A stretch of 64,000 nt of DNA from Actinomycetota bacterium (GTDB lineage: Bacteria > Actinomycetota > Thermoleophilia > Solirubrobacterales > Thermoleophilaceae), in the NCBI GenBank assembly GCA_046729975.1, contig JBKPHS010000157.1:4470-68469 (forward strand), in the 5' to 3' direction. The notes under the pieces are model-generated. The model was not told the origin of the DNA. It saw only the letters and a list, made by a program, of their open reading frames with translations, and made no database searches. The stretch's first letter is position 1. Each line of letters begins with the position of its first letter. Of the stretch, positions 1 through 8,687 are shown one piece after another. Both the position numbers and the translations under genes were made by a program.

Positions 1-55
1 AACCCGTGGCCTTCGCGCTGCCAGCGCGACGCTCTTCCAGCTGAGCTACAGCCCC
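1..55 (-). tRNA. tRNA-Ala (anticodon GGC), 5' part only; 3' end lies beyond the left window edge
   Basis: Reverse complement of 1-55 reads GGGGCUG-UA-GCUC-AGCUGGAA-GAGC-G-UCGCG-CUGGCAG-CGCGA-AGGCC-ACGGGUU. This gives an acceptor arm, D arm, anticodon stem-loop with U33-GGC-A37, and the start of the T arm. Confidence 0.85.
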
Positions 56-82
56 CGAGCGGCCCAGTTTATCGTCCGCCAG

Positions 83-433
83 TCAGCCCACGGACTCCAC
101 CGGCGCCTCTCCCCAGAGCTGCTCGAGCCGGTAGAAGGAGCGGGCCTCGGGGGTGAAGACGTGGACGACGACGTCGAGGTAGTCCATGAGGATCCAGCGC
201 GCTTCTCGCTCGCCCTCCACCCGGCGGGGCAGGGCACCCTGCGAGTCCTTCAGCTCCTTGTGGATCGCGTCGTGGATCGCCTTGGTCTGGCGCTCGGTGT
301 TGCCGGAGCAGATCACGAAGTAGTCGGTGTAGCCGACGACCTCCCGCAGGTCGAGAACGCGAATCTCCGTCGCCTTCTTGTCCGACGCGATCGCGGCGAT
401 CCGCTCGGCGAGGGCCGCGCTGCCGGCCGTCAC
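83..433 (-). CDS. rsfS: ribosome silencing factor RsfS (iojap family)
   Basis: 116-aa ORF with RsfS-like core (YTDYFVICSGNTERQ ... WILMDYLDVVVHVF). GTG start overlaps the nadD stop (GTGA at 430-433). It is the last gene of the conserved obg-proBA-nadD-rsfS run. Confidence 0.9.
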   Translation of the reverse strand: MTAGSAALAERIAAIASDKKATEIRVLDLREVVGYTDYFVICSGNTERQTKAIHDAIHKELKDSQGALPRRVEGEREARWILMDYLDVVVHVFTPEARSFYRLEQLWGEAPVESVG

Positions 434-1047
434 TCCGCGACCACCGGCGCGGACGCGCCGTAGAGATTCTGCGCGGCGATCAGGCTTGCCACCTCGTCGG
501 GCACGAGGTAGCGAATCACGCCCTCGGCTGCTCGGCTCCTGACGAGGCTCGAGGAGATGTCGACGCGGGGCATGTCGAAGAAGGTCAGCCGGACGTCCGC
601 GCCGGCGAGCGAGGTGACGCTCCGCCGGACCTCCTCGCGCCGATGACCGTCACGCTCGGCCACCGCCACCATCGCGAGCTGGAGCACCTGCTCCGGCGCG
701 TGCCACCGGGGGAGCGCGGCCGCCTGGTCGGCGCCGAGGATCAGGAAGAGGTCCCGCTCGGGCGCCCGCTGTCTCAGCTCACGCAACGTGTCCACGGTAT
801 AGGACGGCCCGGGTCGATCTACCTCGAGACGTGACACGGCAAACCGCGGGTCCGAGGCGATCGCCAGCTCGCACATCCGGAGCCGGACCTCCGCCCCGGG
901 ATCCTGCTCGACGGGCCGGTGCGGAGCCTCGCCGACCGGCACCCAGAGGACGACGTCGAGCGCGAGTTGGGTGTGCGCCTCCTGCGCGCAGATGAGGTGA
1001 CCGAGGTGCGGGGGGTTGAAGACCCCGCCGAAGATCCCGACCGGCAA
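430..1047 (-). CDS. nadD: nicotinate-nucleotide adenylyltransferase
   Basis: GIFGGVFNPPHLGHL nucleotidyltransferase (H/T)xGH motif near the N-terminus. The ORF-track start at 1113 lies inside proA. A TTG at 1047 sits 1 nt after the proA stop (1049-1051) and is the likely start. Confidence 0.85.
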   Translation of the reverse strand: MPVGIFGGVFNPPHLGHLICAQEAHTQLALDVVLWVPVGEAPHRPVEQDPGAEVRLRMCELAIASDPRFAVSRLEVDRPGPSYTVDTLRELRQRAPERDLFLILGADQAAALPRWHAPEQVLQLAMVAVAERDGHRREEVRRSVTSLAGADVRLTFFDMPRVDISSSLVRSRAAEGVIRYLVPDEVASLIAAQNLYGASAPVVAE

Positions 1048-1048
1048 G

Positions 1049-2320
1049 CTACTCCCGGATCTGGCCGCTGCCTTCGACCACGTACTTGTAGGTGCAGAGC
1101 TCGCGCAACGCAAGCGGGCCGCGCGCGTGCAGCTTCTGCGTGGAGTTGCCGATCTCGGCGCCCATGCCGTACTCGGCGCCGTCGGTGAAGCGAGTCGATG
1201 CGTTCACGTACACCGCCGCCGCGTCCACGTCCTCGGTAAATGCCTGGGCAGCCTCGTCCGACCCGGTGACGATCGCCTCCGAGTGGCCGCTGCCGTAGCG
1301 GTTGACGTGGTCGATCGCCTCATCGACCGAGTCCACCACCTTCACCGCCATCACGAGAGCGAGGAACTCGGTCGCCCAGTCCTCCTCGGTGGCCTCGTTG
1401 AGAGATGCCGCGAGGTCGCCCGCTAGCGCACCCGTGCGGCCGTCGACCCGCAGTTCGACGCCCGACTCGCGCAACTCGTGTAGCGCGCGCGGAAGGAACT
1501 CGGGCGCGGCGTCGCGATGCACGAGGAGGGTCTCAGCAGCGTTGCACATGCTCGGGCGCTGCACCTTCGCGTTCACCGCGATCCGCACGGCCATGTCCGT
1601 GTCGGCCCCGGCGTCGACGTAGACATGGCAGTTGCCGGAGGCGGCATAGATCACGGGCACCGTGGCATAGCTCTTCAGGGCCGCCTTCAGGCCCTCGCCT
1701 CCGCGCGGGATGATCAGATCGACTACGCCCTCCTGCGTCGCCAGCTCGCGCAGCTCGTCGCGGCTGCCGCCGGACACGAGCGAGACGGCGGCCTCGGGCA
1801 GCCCGGCCGACGCGACCGCCGCGCGGGCGACCGCCGCGAGGGCGGCGTTGGAGTGCGCCGCCACAGAGGATCCGCGAAGGACGATCGCGTTGCCCGACTT
1901 GATGCAGAGCGCCGAGCAGTCGATCGTCACGTTCGGGCGCGCCTCGTACACGACGGCCACCACGCCGAGCGGCACGAGAACGCGCCGGAGCCTCAGTCCG
2001 TTGTAGAGCGTGCGCTCCTCGATCTGCTCGCCCACCGGGTCGGGCAGGTCGACGATCTTGCGCACGTCCGCGGCGATCCCCGCCAGCCGCTCGGGCGTGA
2101 GCTTCAGCCTGTCGAGCAGCGCGGCGTCGAGCCCCGCTTCCTCGCCGGCCTCCATGTCACGCGCGTTCGCGTCGAGCACCTCGGCGGCGCGCTCCTCGAG
2201 CGCCGCCGCCATCGCCTCGAGTGCGGCGTCCTTGCGAGCGGTGTCGAGGCGAGCGAGCTCGCGGGACGCCTGCTTAGCCGCGGCGCAGACCTCCGCGACC
2301 GATGCGGTGCCAATTGCCAT
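1049..2320 (-). CDS. proA: gamma-glutamyl phosphate reductase (glutamate-5-semialdehyde dehydrogenase)
   Basis: 423-aa aldehyde-dehydrogenase-fold protein with ProA-type catalytic region (PSMCNAAETLLVH) and NASTRFTDG near the C-terminus. Adjacent to proB. Confidence 0.95.
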   Translation of the reverse strand: MAIGTASVAEVCAAAKQASRELARLDTARKDAALEAMAAALEERAAEVLDANARDMEAGEEAGLDAALLDRLKLTPERLAGIAADVRKIVDLPDPVGEQIEERTLYNGLRLRRVLVPLGVVAVVYEARPNVTIDCSALCIKSGNAIVLRGSSVAAHSNAALAAVARAAVASAGLPEAAVSLVSGGSRDELRELATQEGVVDLIIPRGGEGLKAALKSYATVPVIYAASGNCHVYVDAGADTDMAVRIAVNAKVQRPSMCNAAETLLVHRDAAPEFLPRALHELRESGVELRVDGRTGALAGDLAASLNEATEEDWATEFLALVMAVKVVDSVDEAIDHVNRYGSGHSEAIVTGSDEAAQAFTEDVDAAAVYVNASTRFTDGAEYGMGAEIGNSTQKLHARGPLALRELCTYKYVVEGSGQIRE

Positions 2321-2360
2321 GGCACAAGGGTATCGGCCGCTTCGACCGTCTTCGACCGTC

Positions 2361-3458
2361 TCAGCCCAGCACGAAGTAGTCGCGGTGCACCGCCTCCTCG
2401 CTCGCCCGCGGAAGGCGGTCCTGCACTTCGGCCGTCTTCATTCCCTTGATCTGGCGCAGCTCCGCGGCGGAGTAGTTGACGATGCCCTTGCCGACCGGGC
2501 GGCCGTTGCCGGCCGCACAGACCTCGACGGCGTCGCCCGCCTGGAACTCGCCGTGCACGTCCACGACGCCGACCGGCAACAGGCTCGTGCCGCGCTCCCG
2601 CAGCGCGCGCTCGGCGCCCTCGTCGACGACGATGCGGCCCTGGGTCGGTTTCGCGTACTTGAGCCAGAGCTTGAAGCTCGAGACGCGCCCCGCCTGCGGG
2701 TGAAAGAGCGTGCCCTCGCGTTGGCCGGAGGCGGCGCGCGTCACGGTGCCGGGCCGGGTGCCGTTCGCGATCACCGCCGGGATGCCGGCCGCCGTGGCCA
2801 TCTCCGCAGCGACCACCTTCGACCGCATGCCGCCGGACCCGAGGGGGGAAGCCGAGACGCCGATGTCCAGCGGCTCGAGCGTCTCGAAGTCGCGCACGTC
2901 GGACAGCAGCTCGGCGCCGGGATCGTCGCGCGGGTCGGCAGTGTGGAGGCCGTCGGTGTCGGTGAGGAGCACCAGCAACTCGGCGCCGAGCAGGATCGCC
3001 ACCTGTGCGGCCAGGAAGTCGTTGTCGCCGAATGAGATCTCGTCGGTGGTGGTCGTGTCGTTCTCGTTGATCACCGGCACGACGCGCCAGTCGAGGAGCC
3101 TGCTCAGCGTCTGGCGCGCGTTCAGGTAATGCGTGCGCGCGGACATGTCGAAGAAGGTCAGCAGCACCTGGGCACTCGACACGCCGCGCGCGGCGAGCAG
3201 CTCGTCGTAGGTGCGAAAGAGCTTGCCCTGGCCCACGGCCGAAGCCGCCTGCAGCTCGTCCATCGAACGGGGGCGCATCGCGAGCTCCATCAGCCGCATG
3301 CCGCGCGCGATGGCACCTGAGGTGACGATTACCACCGAGTCGCCCCCGTCGTGGAGGTCGGCGGCCTGGTCGCAAACCGCGCCGATCACGTCGCGGCGAA
3401 TCTCTCCCCGCTCGTCCGCGACGATGCTCGACCCGAGCTTGATGACGACCGTTCGCAT
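2361..3458 (-). CDS. proB: glutamate 5-kinase with C-terminal PUA domain
   Basis: 365 aa with amino-acid-kinase N-terminus (VVIKLGSSIV) and PUA-like C-terminus (GKGIVNYSAAELRQIKG). Confidence 0.95.
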   Translation of the reverse strand: MRTVVIKLGSSIVADERGEIRRDVIGAVCDQAADLHDGGDSVVIVTSGAIARGMRLMELAMRPRSMDELQAASAVGQGKLFRTYDELLAARGVSSAQVLLTFFDMSARTHYLNARQTLSRLLDWRVVPVINENDTTTTDEISFGDNDFLAAQVAILLGAELLVLLTDTDGLHTADPRDDPGAELLSDVRDFETLEPLDIGVSASPLGSGGMRSKVVAAEMATAAGIPAVIANGTRPGTVTRAASGQREGTLFHPQAGRVSSFKLWLKYAKPTQGRIVVDEGAERALRERGTSLLPVGVVDVHGEFQAGDAVEVCAAGNGRPVGKGIVNYSAAELRQIKGMKTAEVQDRLPRASEEAVHRDYFVLG

Positions 3459-3479
3459 GCGAGCGAAGGTTAGGCCCCG

Positions 3480-4796
3480 TCAGGCGCGACGGGGCTGGCG
3501 AAAAGGCGCGCCCGGGTCGAGCTCGAACACGATCCCGGCCATCTCCACGTCGTCCCCGGGCTCGAACCCGGCCGCCTCGAGCGCGCGCTGCACGCCGAGC
3601 ACGCGCAGCTGTTCCTCGAGGTACCGGAGAGCGTCCTCGTTGTCGATGTCGTGGCGGGCGATCAGACGGTCCACCCGGCCGCCGGAGACACGGAAGGCCC
3701 GCGGCCCGGTTCGCTCGACGCGGAAGGACGCGTCCGCGCCGGGCCGGTAGACGCGATGCTCGGCAAGCGCCTCGCCGGGCTGCTCGGCAATCTCCTCCTC
3801 CGGGGGCACGTCGGCCATGACGGCCCGGCCGAGGTCCTCGATGCCTCGCCCCGTGGCCGACGAGGTGACCACTACGTCCAGCACGGCGTCTCCGAGCCGC
3901 TCGCGCCAGTCGCGCTCCGCCGCCGCGGCCCGCTCCTCCGGCACGAGATCGGCCTTGGCGAGCGCGAGGATCCGCGGCAGCTCGGCGAGGCCCGCGCCGT
4001 AGGCGGCGATCTCCCGCTCGACCGCGCGGTGGTTCTCGACCGGGTTCGAGCCGTCGAGCGGAGCGAGGTCGAGCACGTGCACGAGCAGTCGGGTGCGTTC
4101 CACGTGCGCGAGGAACTCGTGCCCGATCCCGGCGCCCTCCGCCGCTCCCTCGATCAAACCCGGGATGTCGGCAACCACGAGCTGGCGATCGTCGGCCTCG
4201 AGCGTGCCGAGGACGGGCTCGAGTGTCGTGAACGGGTAGCCGGCGACCTTCGGCCGCGCGCGCGTGAGCCGCGCGAGGAGCGACGACTTGCCGGCGTTCG
4301 GCAGGCCGACGAGGCCCACGTCCGCCAGCAGCCTGAGCCGGAGCTCGAGCCAGCCCTCCTCGCCCGGGAGCCCGCGCTCGGCGAAGCGCGGCGCCTGGCG
4401 CGTCGCTGTGGCGAAGTGCTTGTTCCCGCGGCCGCCCAGGCCGCCCCGCGCGACCACGGCCCGCTGTCCGGGAGCGCTCAGGTCGAGCCGGAGCCCGCGC
4501 TCGGGATCCTCCACCGAGGTGCCGGGCGGAACGCGGACCTCCAACGGGTCCGGACTGGCGCCGTGGCGGTTGGCCCCCTCGCCGCGGCCGCCCCTCGGAG
4601 CCTTGTAATGAGCCTTGCGCTTGAACGACTGGAGGTCTCGCAGCGACGGGTCCGAGACCAGCACGACATCGGCGCCCCGGCCGCCGTCGCCGCCGTCGGG
4701 CCCGCCGCGCGGCACGTGCGCCTCACGGCGGAAGGAGACGGCGCCGTCGCCGCCCCGTCCGGCCTGGACGAAGATCCTGGCGCGGTCGTAGAGCAT
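3480..4796 (-). CDS. obg: GTPase Obg/CgtA
   Basis: Gly-rich Obg fold (RIFVQAGRGGDGAVSFRRE), G1 GLPNAGKSS, G3 DIPGLIEGA, and a C-terminal OCT-type extension. Follows rpmA as in most bacteria. Confidence 0.95.
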   Translation of the reverse strand: MLYDRARIFVQAGRGGDGAVSFRREAHVPRGGPDGGDGGRGADVVLVSDPSLRDLQSFKRKAHYKAPRGGRGEGANRHGASPDPLEVRVPPGTSVEDPERGLRLDLSAPGQRAVVARGGLGGRGNKHFATATRQAPRFAERGLPGEEGWLELRLRLLADVGLVGLPNAGKSSLLARLTRARPKVAGYPFTTLEPVLGTLEADDRQLVVADIPGLIEGAAEGAGIGHEFLAHVERTRLLVHVLDLAPLDGSNPVENHRAVEREIAAYGAGLAELPRILALAKADLVPEERAAAAERDWRERLGDAVLDVVVTSSATGRGIEDLGRAVMADVPPEEEIAEQPGEALAEHRVYRPGADASFRVERTGPRAFRVSGGRVDRLIARHDIDNEDALRYLEEQLRVLGVQRALEAAGFEPGDDVEMAGIVFELDPGAPFRQPRRA

Positions 4797-4826
4797 GGTT
4801 CCGGCGCTCGGCCGGCCCGGCTACCG

Positions 4827-5081
4827 CTAGTCCGCCGGGTCGACGGTGATCACGCGTCCGCGACGGCCCGTCGCGAACTGCACGGTGCCCGGCCGCGTGG
4901 CGAAGATCGTGTCGTCCCTGCCGAGCCCTGTGCCCTCGCCCGGCCGGAAGCGCGTGCCGCGCTGGCGCACGATGATCTCGCCGCCCGTGACGCTCTGCCC
5001 CGCGAAGACCTTCACGCCAAGGCGCTTGGCCTGCGAGTCGCGGCCGTTGCGGCTCGAGCCGAGGCCCTTCTTATGAGCCAT
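4827..5081 (-). CDS. rpmA: 50S ribosomal protein L27
   Basis: 84 aa, [29 protein letters not shown]. Confidence 0.97.
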   Translation of the reverse strand: MAHKKGLGSSRNGRDSQAKRLGVKVFAGQSVTGGEIIVRQRGTRFRPGEGTGLGRDDTIFATRPGTVQFATGRRGRVITVDPAD

Positions 5082-5427
5082 CCTGATCCTCCCTCTTGGC
5101 GGCGGGCCTGCGCGACAGCTTCTTGATCTCGCGGATCTCGAGGCGCGTCAGCTCCGAGCGGTGGCCGGTCGTGCGCTTGTAGCCGCGCTTGGGCTTGAAC
5201 TTGAGCACGCGGATCTTGGGCCCGCGCTCGTGGCCCGCGACCACGGCCTCGACCTTCACCTTGCCGAGATCCGCGCCCTCGAAGACCGCGTCGCCGTCGC
5301 CGGCGAGCAGCAGCGGCTCGAGCTGAACCTTGGCGCCCTCGTCCTCGCGCAGGCGATCTACGAGCAGGGAATCGCCCTCCTCGACGCGGTACTGCTTGCC
5401 GCCAACTTTGACTATCGCGTAGCTCAT
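5071..5427 (-). CDS. rplU: 50S ribosomal protein L21
   Basis: 118 aa, [19 protein letters not shown]. The basic C-terminal tail overlaps the rpmA start by 11 nt. Confidence 0.95.
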   Translation of the reverse strand: MSYAIVKVGGKQYRVEEGDSLLVDRLREDEGAKVQLEPLLLAGDGDAVFEGADLGKVKVEAVVAGHERGPKIRVLKFKPKRGYKRTTGHRSELTRLEIREIKKLSRRPAAKREDQDGS

Positions 5428-5490
5428 CGCATGAATCGGCGCCCGAGACTGGGCGCCGGCAGCAGAGAATAGCGCCCATCCCGAGTCGCC

Positions 5491-5545
5491 AGTCGTCAGT
5501 CGTCAGTCGTCAGTTCTGAAGACTGAAGACCGAAGACTGACGACT
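5491..5545. repeat. 55-nt imperfect palindrome built from 7-nt tandem units (AGTCGTC x3 facing GAAGACT-type units), 1 nt downstream of the rne stop
   Basis: Pairing position i with 56-i gives 11 perfect outer bp. About 12 further pairs follow, interrupted by mismatches recurring every 7 nt. Lies between rne (stop 5547-5549) and rplU (start 5427). Confidence 0.7.
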
Positions 5546-5546
5546 T

Positions 5547-7457
5547 CTAGTCCGTTTCGGGTACCTCGGCAGCGGCCGTCTTCCCCCGGCGCCCCCGCCC
5601 CCGCCGTCCCCGGCGGCGGCCGCGCTCGCGGGCCTCCTCGGGAGGTTCGTGGCGGGCGCCGTTGGGCCCGCCGACGATTGAGGCGAGGGCGGCGGTGCGG
5701 CCAACCTGGTCGATGCGCACGAGCTTCTTCTCGCCGATGTGGCCGATGCCGCCGGCTACCGAGATCGCGTAGCCGTCGACCTTCGCGACCGCGTCCTCGT
5801 CGTTGTACATGTGCGGCTCCTCGAGTGTGACGAGCACCTCCTCGCCCTCACGGAAGGGGAGTGCGCGCTCGGCGACCTGCTCGCGCGTGCCCTCGAGCGT
5901 GACGGCGAAGTGGTCGATCGGCAGGCCCTCGGAGCCCTCGAAGTGGAAGTGCTTGTGCACGTCCGCCTCGAGGTCGTGGAGCGCCGATCCACCGGTGAGG
6001 ATCGCCGCGACCCGGGGGTTCACCTGGATCAGGAACGCCTCCGGCTCGGGCCGCTCGACCGCCAGCTCGCGCAGCTTGCGCTCGACCTCAATGGCGACAG
6101 TGTCCTCCGAGAGCACGACTCCCTCGCCGTTGCAGGTGGGGCAGGTCTTCGTGAGGATCTCCCGGACGCCGTCCGTCACGTTCTGCCGCGTCATCTCGAC
6201 CAGGCCGAGCGGCGAGATCTCGACTACGTAGGTCTTCGTGCGGTCCTCGTCGAGTGACTTGCGCAGGGTCTTCAGGACGGCGTCGCGGTTGCGGGCGCGC
6301 GACATGTCCACGAAGTCGATGACGATGATGCCGCCGATGTCGCGCAACCGCAGCTGGCGCACCACCTCCTCGGCCGCCTCGAGGTTGACCTTCGTGATCG
6401 TGTCCTCGAGCCGGGCGCCCTTGCCCCGCCCGATGAACGAGCCCGAGTTGACGTCGATGACCGTCATCGCCTCGGCGTAGTCGATCATCAGGTAGCCGCC
6501 CGACGGCAGGTCGACGCGCCGGTTCAGGGTCGAGAGGATCACGTCCTCCACGCCGCACCTCTCGAACAGCGGCTCGCTTTCCTTGTAGAGCTCGACGCGG
6601 TCGAGCAGTTCGGGCGCGGTGCGGGTGAAGAAGGACGTCAGCCGGTCGAACTGCTTCTGATCGTCGATCAGCGCACCCTCGAAGTGCTTCGAGAAGATGT
6701 CTCGCACGACCCTCACGGGCAGGTCGGCCTCCTGGAACACCATCGCCGGGGCGACGGTCTCCTTGACTCGCTTCTGGAGGATCTCGTAGAGCTTGTGGAG
6801 GTACTTGATCTCGCGCTCGAAGTCCTCGCGCGTGGCGCCGTCGGCGGCGGTGCGGATTATCGCCCCGCCCTCGCCGAGATCGAGCTTCGCGGCCTGCTTG
6901 CGCAGGCGCTCGCGCTCCTTGTCCTCGAGCCGGCGCGACACGCCGATGCCCTCGCCCTGGGGCACGTACACGAGGTAGCGGCCCGCGATCGAGAGCTGCA
7001 TCGAGAGCCGCGCGCCCTTGGTCTTCAGGGGGTCCTTGACGACCTGCACGACGACCTCGTCGCCGGGATGAAGGATCTCCGAGATCCTCTGCCCCTTGGA
7101 GCCGGAGCGGCCGCGCCGTGCCACCTCCACCCCCGGCATGACGACGTCGTCCGCGTGCAGGAAGCCGTTCTTGTCGAGGCCGATGTCCACGAACGCGGCC
7201 TCGAGTCCGGGCAGGACGTTGTCGACCTTGCCCTTGTAGATGTTGCCGACGATCGAGCGGCTGCCGCGGCGCTCTATGTAGAGCTCGGCCACACGCCAGT
7301 CCGCAGGCTTCTCCGCCTGCGGCCGGCGGCCTCGTCCGCGCCGCCCTCCCTTCGGCCTCTGGTCAGCGCCTTCCTTAGGCTGGGGATCTCCCTCCGCCTC
7401 GAGGATGGCGACTCTGGTTTCGCCACGGTCCACCGTGACGAGCACTTGCTTTCTCAA
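5547..7457 (-). CDS. rne: ribonuclease E/G family endoribonuclease
   Basis: S1 domain (GNIYKGKVDNVLPGLEAAFVDIG), catalytic core (VIDVNSGSF) and Zn-link CPTCNGEG. Has an Arg-rich insert near the N-terminus and an Arg-rich C-terminal tail. Occupies the rne-rplU-rpmA position. Confidence 0.9.
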   Translation of the reverse strand: MRKQVLVTVDRGETRVAILEAEGDPQPKEGADQRPKGGRRGRGRRPQAEKPADWRVAELYIERRGSRSIVGNIYKGKVDNVLPGLEAAFVDIGLDKNGFLHADDVVMPGVEVARRGRSGSKGQRISEILHPGDEVVVQVVKDPLKTKGARLSMQLSIAGRYLVYVPQGEGIGVSRRLEDKERERLRKQAAKLDLGEGGAIIRTAADGATREDFEREIKYLHKLYEILQKRVKETVAPAMVFQEADLPVRVVRDIFSKHFEGALIDDQKQFDRLTSFFTRTAPELLDRVELYKESEPLFERCGVEDVILSTLNRRVDLPSGGYLMIDYAEAMTVIDVNSGSFIGRGKGARLEDTITKVNLEAAEEVVRQLRLRDIGGIIVIDFVDMSRARNRDAVLKTLRKSLDEDRTKTYVVEISPLGLVEMTRQNVTDGVREILTKTCPTCNGEGVVLSEDTVAIEVERKLRELAVERPEPEAFLIQVNPRVAAILTGGSALHDLEADVHKHFHFEGSEGLPIDHFAVTLEGTREQVAERALPFREGEEVLVTLEEPHMYNDEDAVAKVDGYAISVAGGIGHIGEKKLVRIDQVGRTAALASIVGGPNGARHEPPEEARERGRRRGRRGRGRRGKTAAAEVPETD

Positions 7458-7469
7458 AGAAATTGCCTC

Positions 7470-8687
7470 TCATCGAATTAGTTCTCGGCCCTTGGCCGCA
7501 GCCGTCTCGCGCGCTTGCACGTGGATCGACTGCAGGAGGCCAACGGCCATGAAGGTGACAAGCACCGACGCTCCGCCGTAGCTCATGAGCGGCAGAGGGA
7601 CGCCGGTGATGGGCATGATCCCGATGGTCATGCCCACGTTGACGAAGATCTGGAACATCAGCATCGCGGCTATTCCGCCGGCGATCAGCGCTCCATACAG
7701 GTTCTTCGACATGGTGAGTATTCGCAGTGCCCTCCAGATTAGAAGGGCGTACAGCGAAAGCACGAGCGCCGCGCCCATGAAGCCGAATGTCTCCCCCACC
7801 ACGCTGAACACGAAGTCCGTGTGGTGCTCGGGGAGGAAGTCGAGCTTCGTCTGGGTGGCCTCGTCAGAGCCGCGGCCGGTCTTCTGGCCAGAGCCGATCG
7901 CGGCGATCGACTGCTTGAGCTGGTAGCCCTGCTCACGCGGGTCGTCGCTCGGGTTGACGAATGCCGTCAGCCGGTCCACCTGGTACGGCTTCAGCACCTG
8001 CATGCCGGCCATCGGCATGACGACGAGCACGAGCGTCACGGCGGTCGTGCCAATCACGCCCAGCGCGGCGAAGTGAGTCCACTTGGTGCCCGCGACGAAC
8101 AACACCGCGAGCGCAATGGCGAGGTAGACGAGCCCGCTTCCGAGGTCCGGCTGGGCGACCACGAGGATCGCCGGCAGGAGCGCCAGCAGCATGATCCGGC
8201 TCGTCGTCTCGCGGTCGTTGACGCGTCTCATCCGATCCACCAGGAAGGCCGACAGAGCCAGGATCAGCAGCACCTTCCCGAGCTCGGACGGCTGGAAGCG
8301 GAAGAACGGGAGGTCGATCCAGCGCTTCGAGCCGCGGGTAGCGCCCGCGAGCGCGAAGACGAGCAGGATCATGCCGATCATCAGCGCGTAGAGCCCTATC
8401 TTCAGCTCGCGCAGCCGCGAGTAGTCGAAGCGTGCGAACAGCAGCATCACCACGATGCCGACGACGCCGTAGGCCGACTGGCGGATCACGTAGAAGTAGG
8501 GGCTGCCCTCGATGTCGCCCTCGGTGGCGGTCCCGATCGTAAGGACGCTGAACGCGATCAGGCCAACGGCGGAGAGCAGCAGCAGCCAGTCGAGGTGGAG
8601 CAGCGCGCCAACTCCGCTGGCCGCGCGGGGCTGTGACTCCGAGAAGCCCTTGACGGAAGCGCCGTAGGGGGTGCTGTGGCTAGTCAG
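7470..8687 (-). CDS. rodA: SEDS-family peptidoglycan polymerase RodA
   Basis: Multi-TM protein ending with GVPLPLMSYGGAS. The first canonical start (GTG 8489) removes a RodA-like first TM segment (LLHLDWLLLLSAVGLIAFSVLTIGTAT) that is in frame upstream. The 5' end is set at the only candidate, CTG 8687-8685. See findings. Confidence 0.8.
   Translation of the reverse strand: MTSHSTPYGASVKGFSESQPRAASGVGALLHLDWLLLLSAVGLIAFSVLTIGTATEGDIEGSPYFYVIRQSAYGVVGIVVMLLFARFDYSRLRELKIGLYALMIGMILLVFALAGATRGSKRWIDLPFFRFQPSELGKVLLILALSAFLVDRMRRVNDRETTSRIMLLALLPAILVVAQPDLGSGLVYLAIALAVLFVAGTKWTHFAALGVIGTTAVTLVLVVMPMAGMQVLKPYQVDRLTAFVNPSDDPREQGYQLKQSIAAIGSGQKTGRGSDEATQTKLDFLPEHHTDFVFSVVGETFGFMGAALVLSLYALLIWRALRILTMSKNLYGALIAGGIAAMLMFQIFVNVGMTIGIMPITGVPLPLMSYGGASVLVTFMAVGLLQSIHVQARETAAAKGRELIR

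Noticed and set aside
1-82. tRNA-Ala as an integration site for a mobile element
   Set aside because: The adjacent genes are core housekeeping (rsfS, nadD, proA). No integrase, att-like repeat or compositional break is visible in the window.
2341-2360. Direct repeat CTTCGACCGT x2 between proA and proB
   Set aside because: It is a single 10-nt duplication in a 40-nt spacer. It has no dyad symmetry and no second occurrence noticed elsewhere, so it is probably fortuitous.
5491-5545. CRISPR array (also considered for 28054-28130 and 31503-31578)
   Set aside because: The repeat units are only 7-8 nt, directly tandem with no spacers, and arranged as inverted arrays forming hairpins. No cas genes are in the window.
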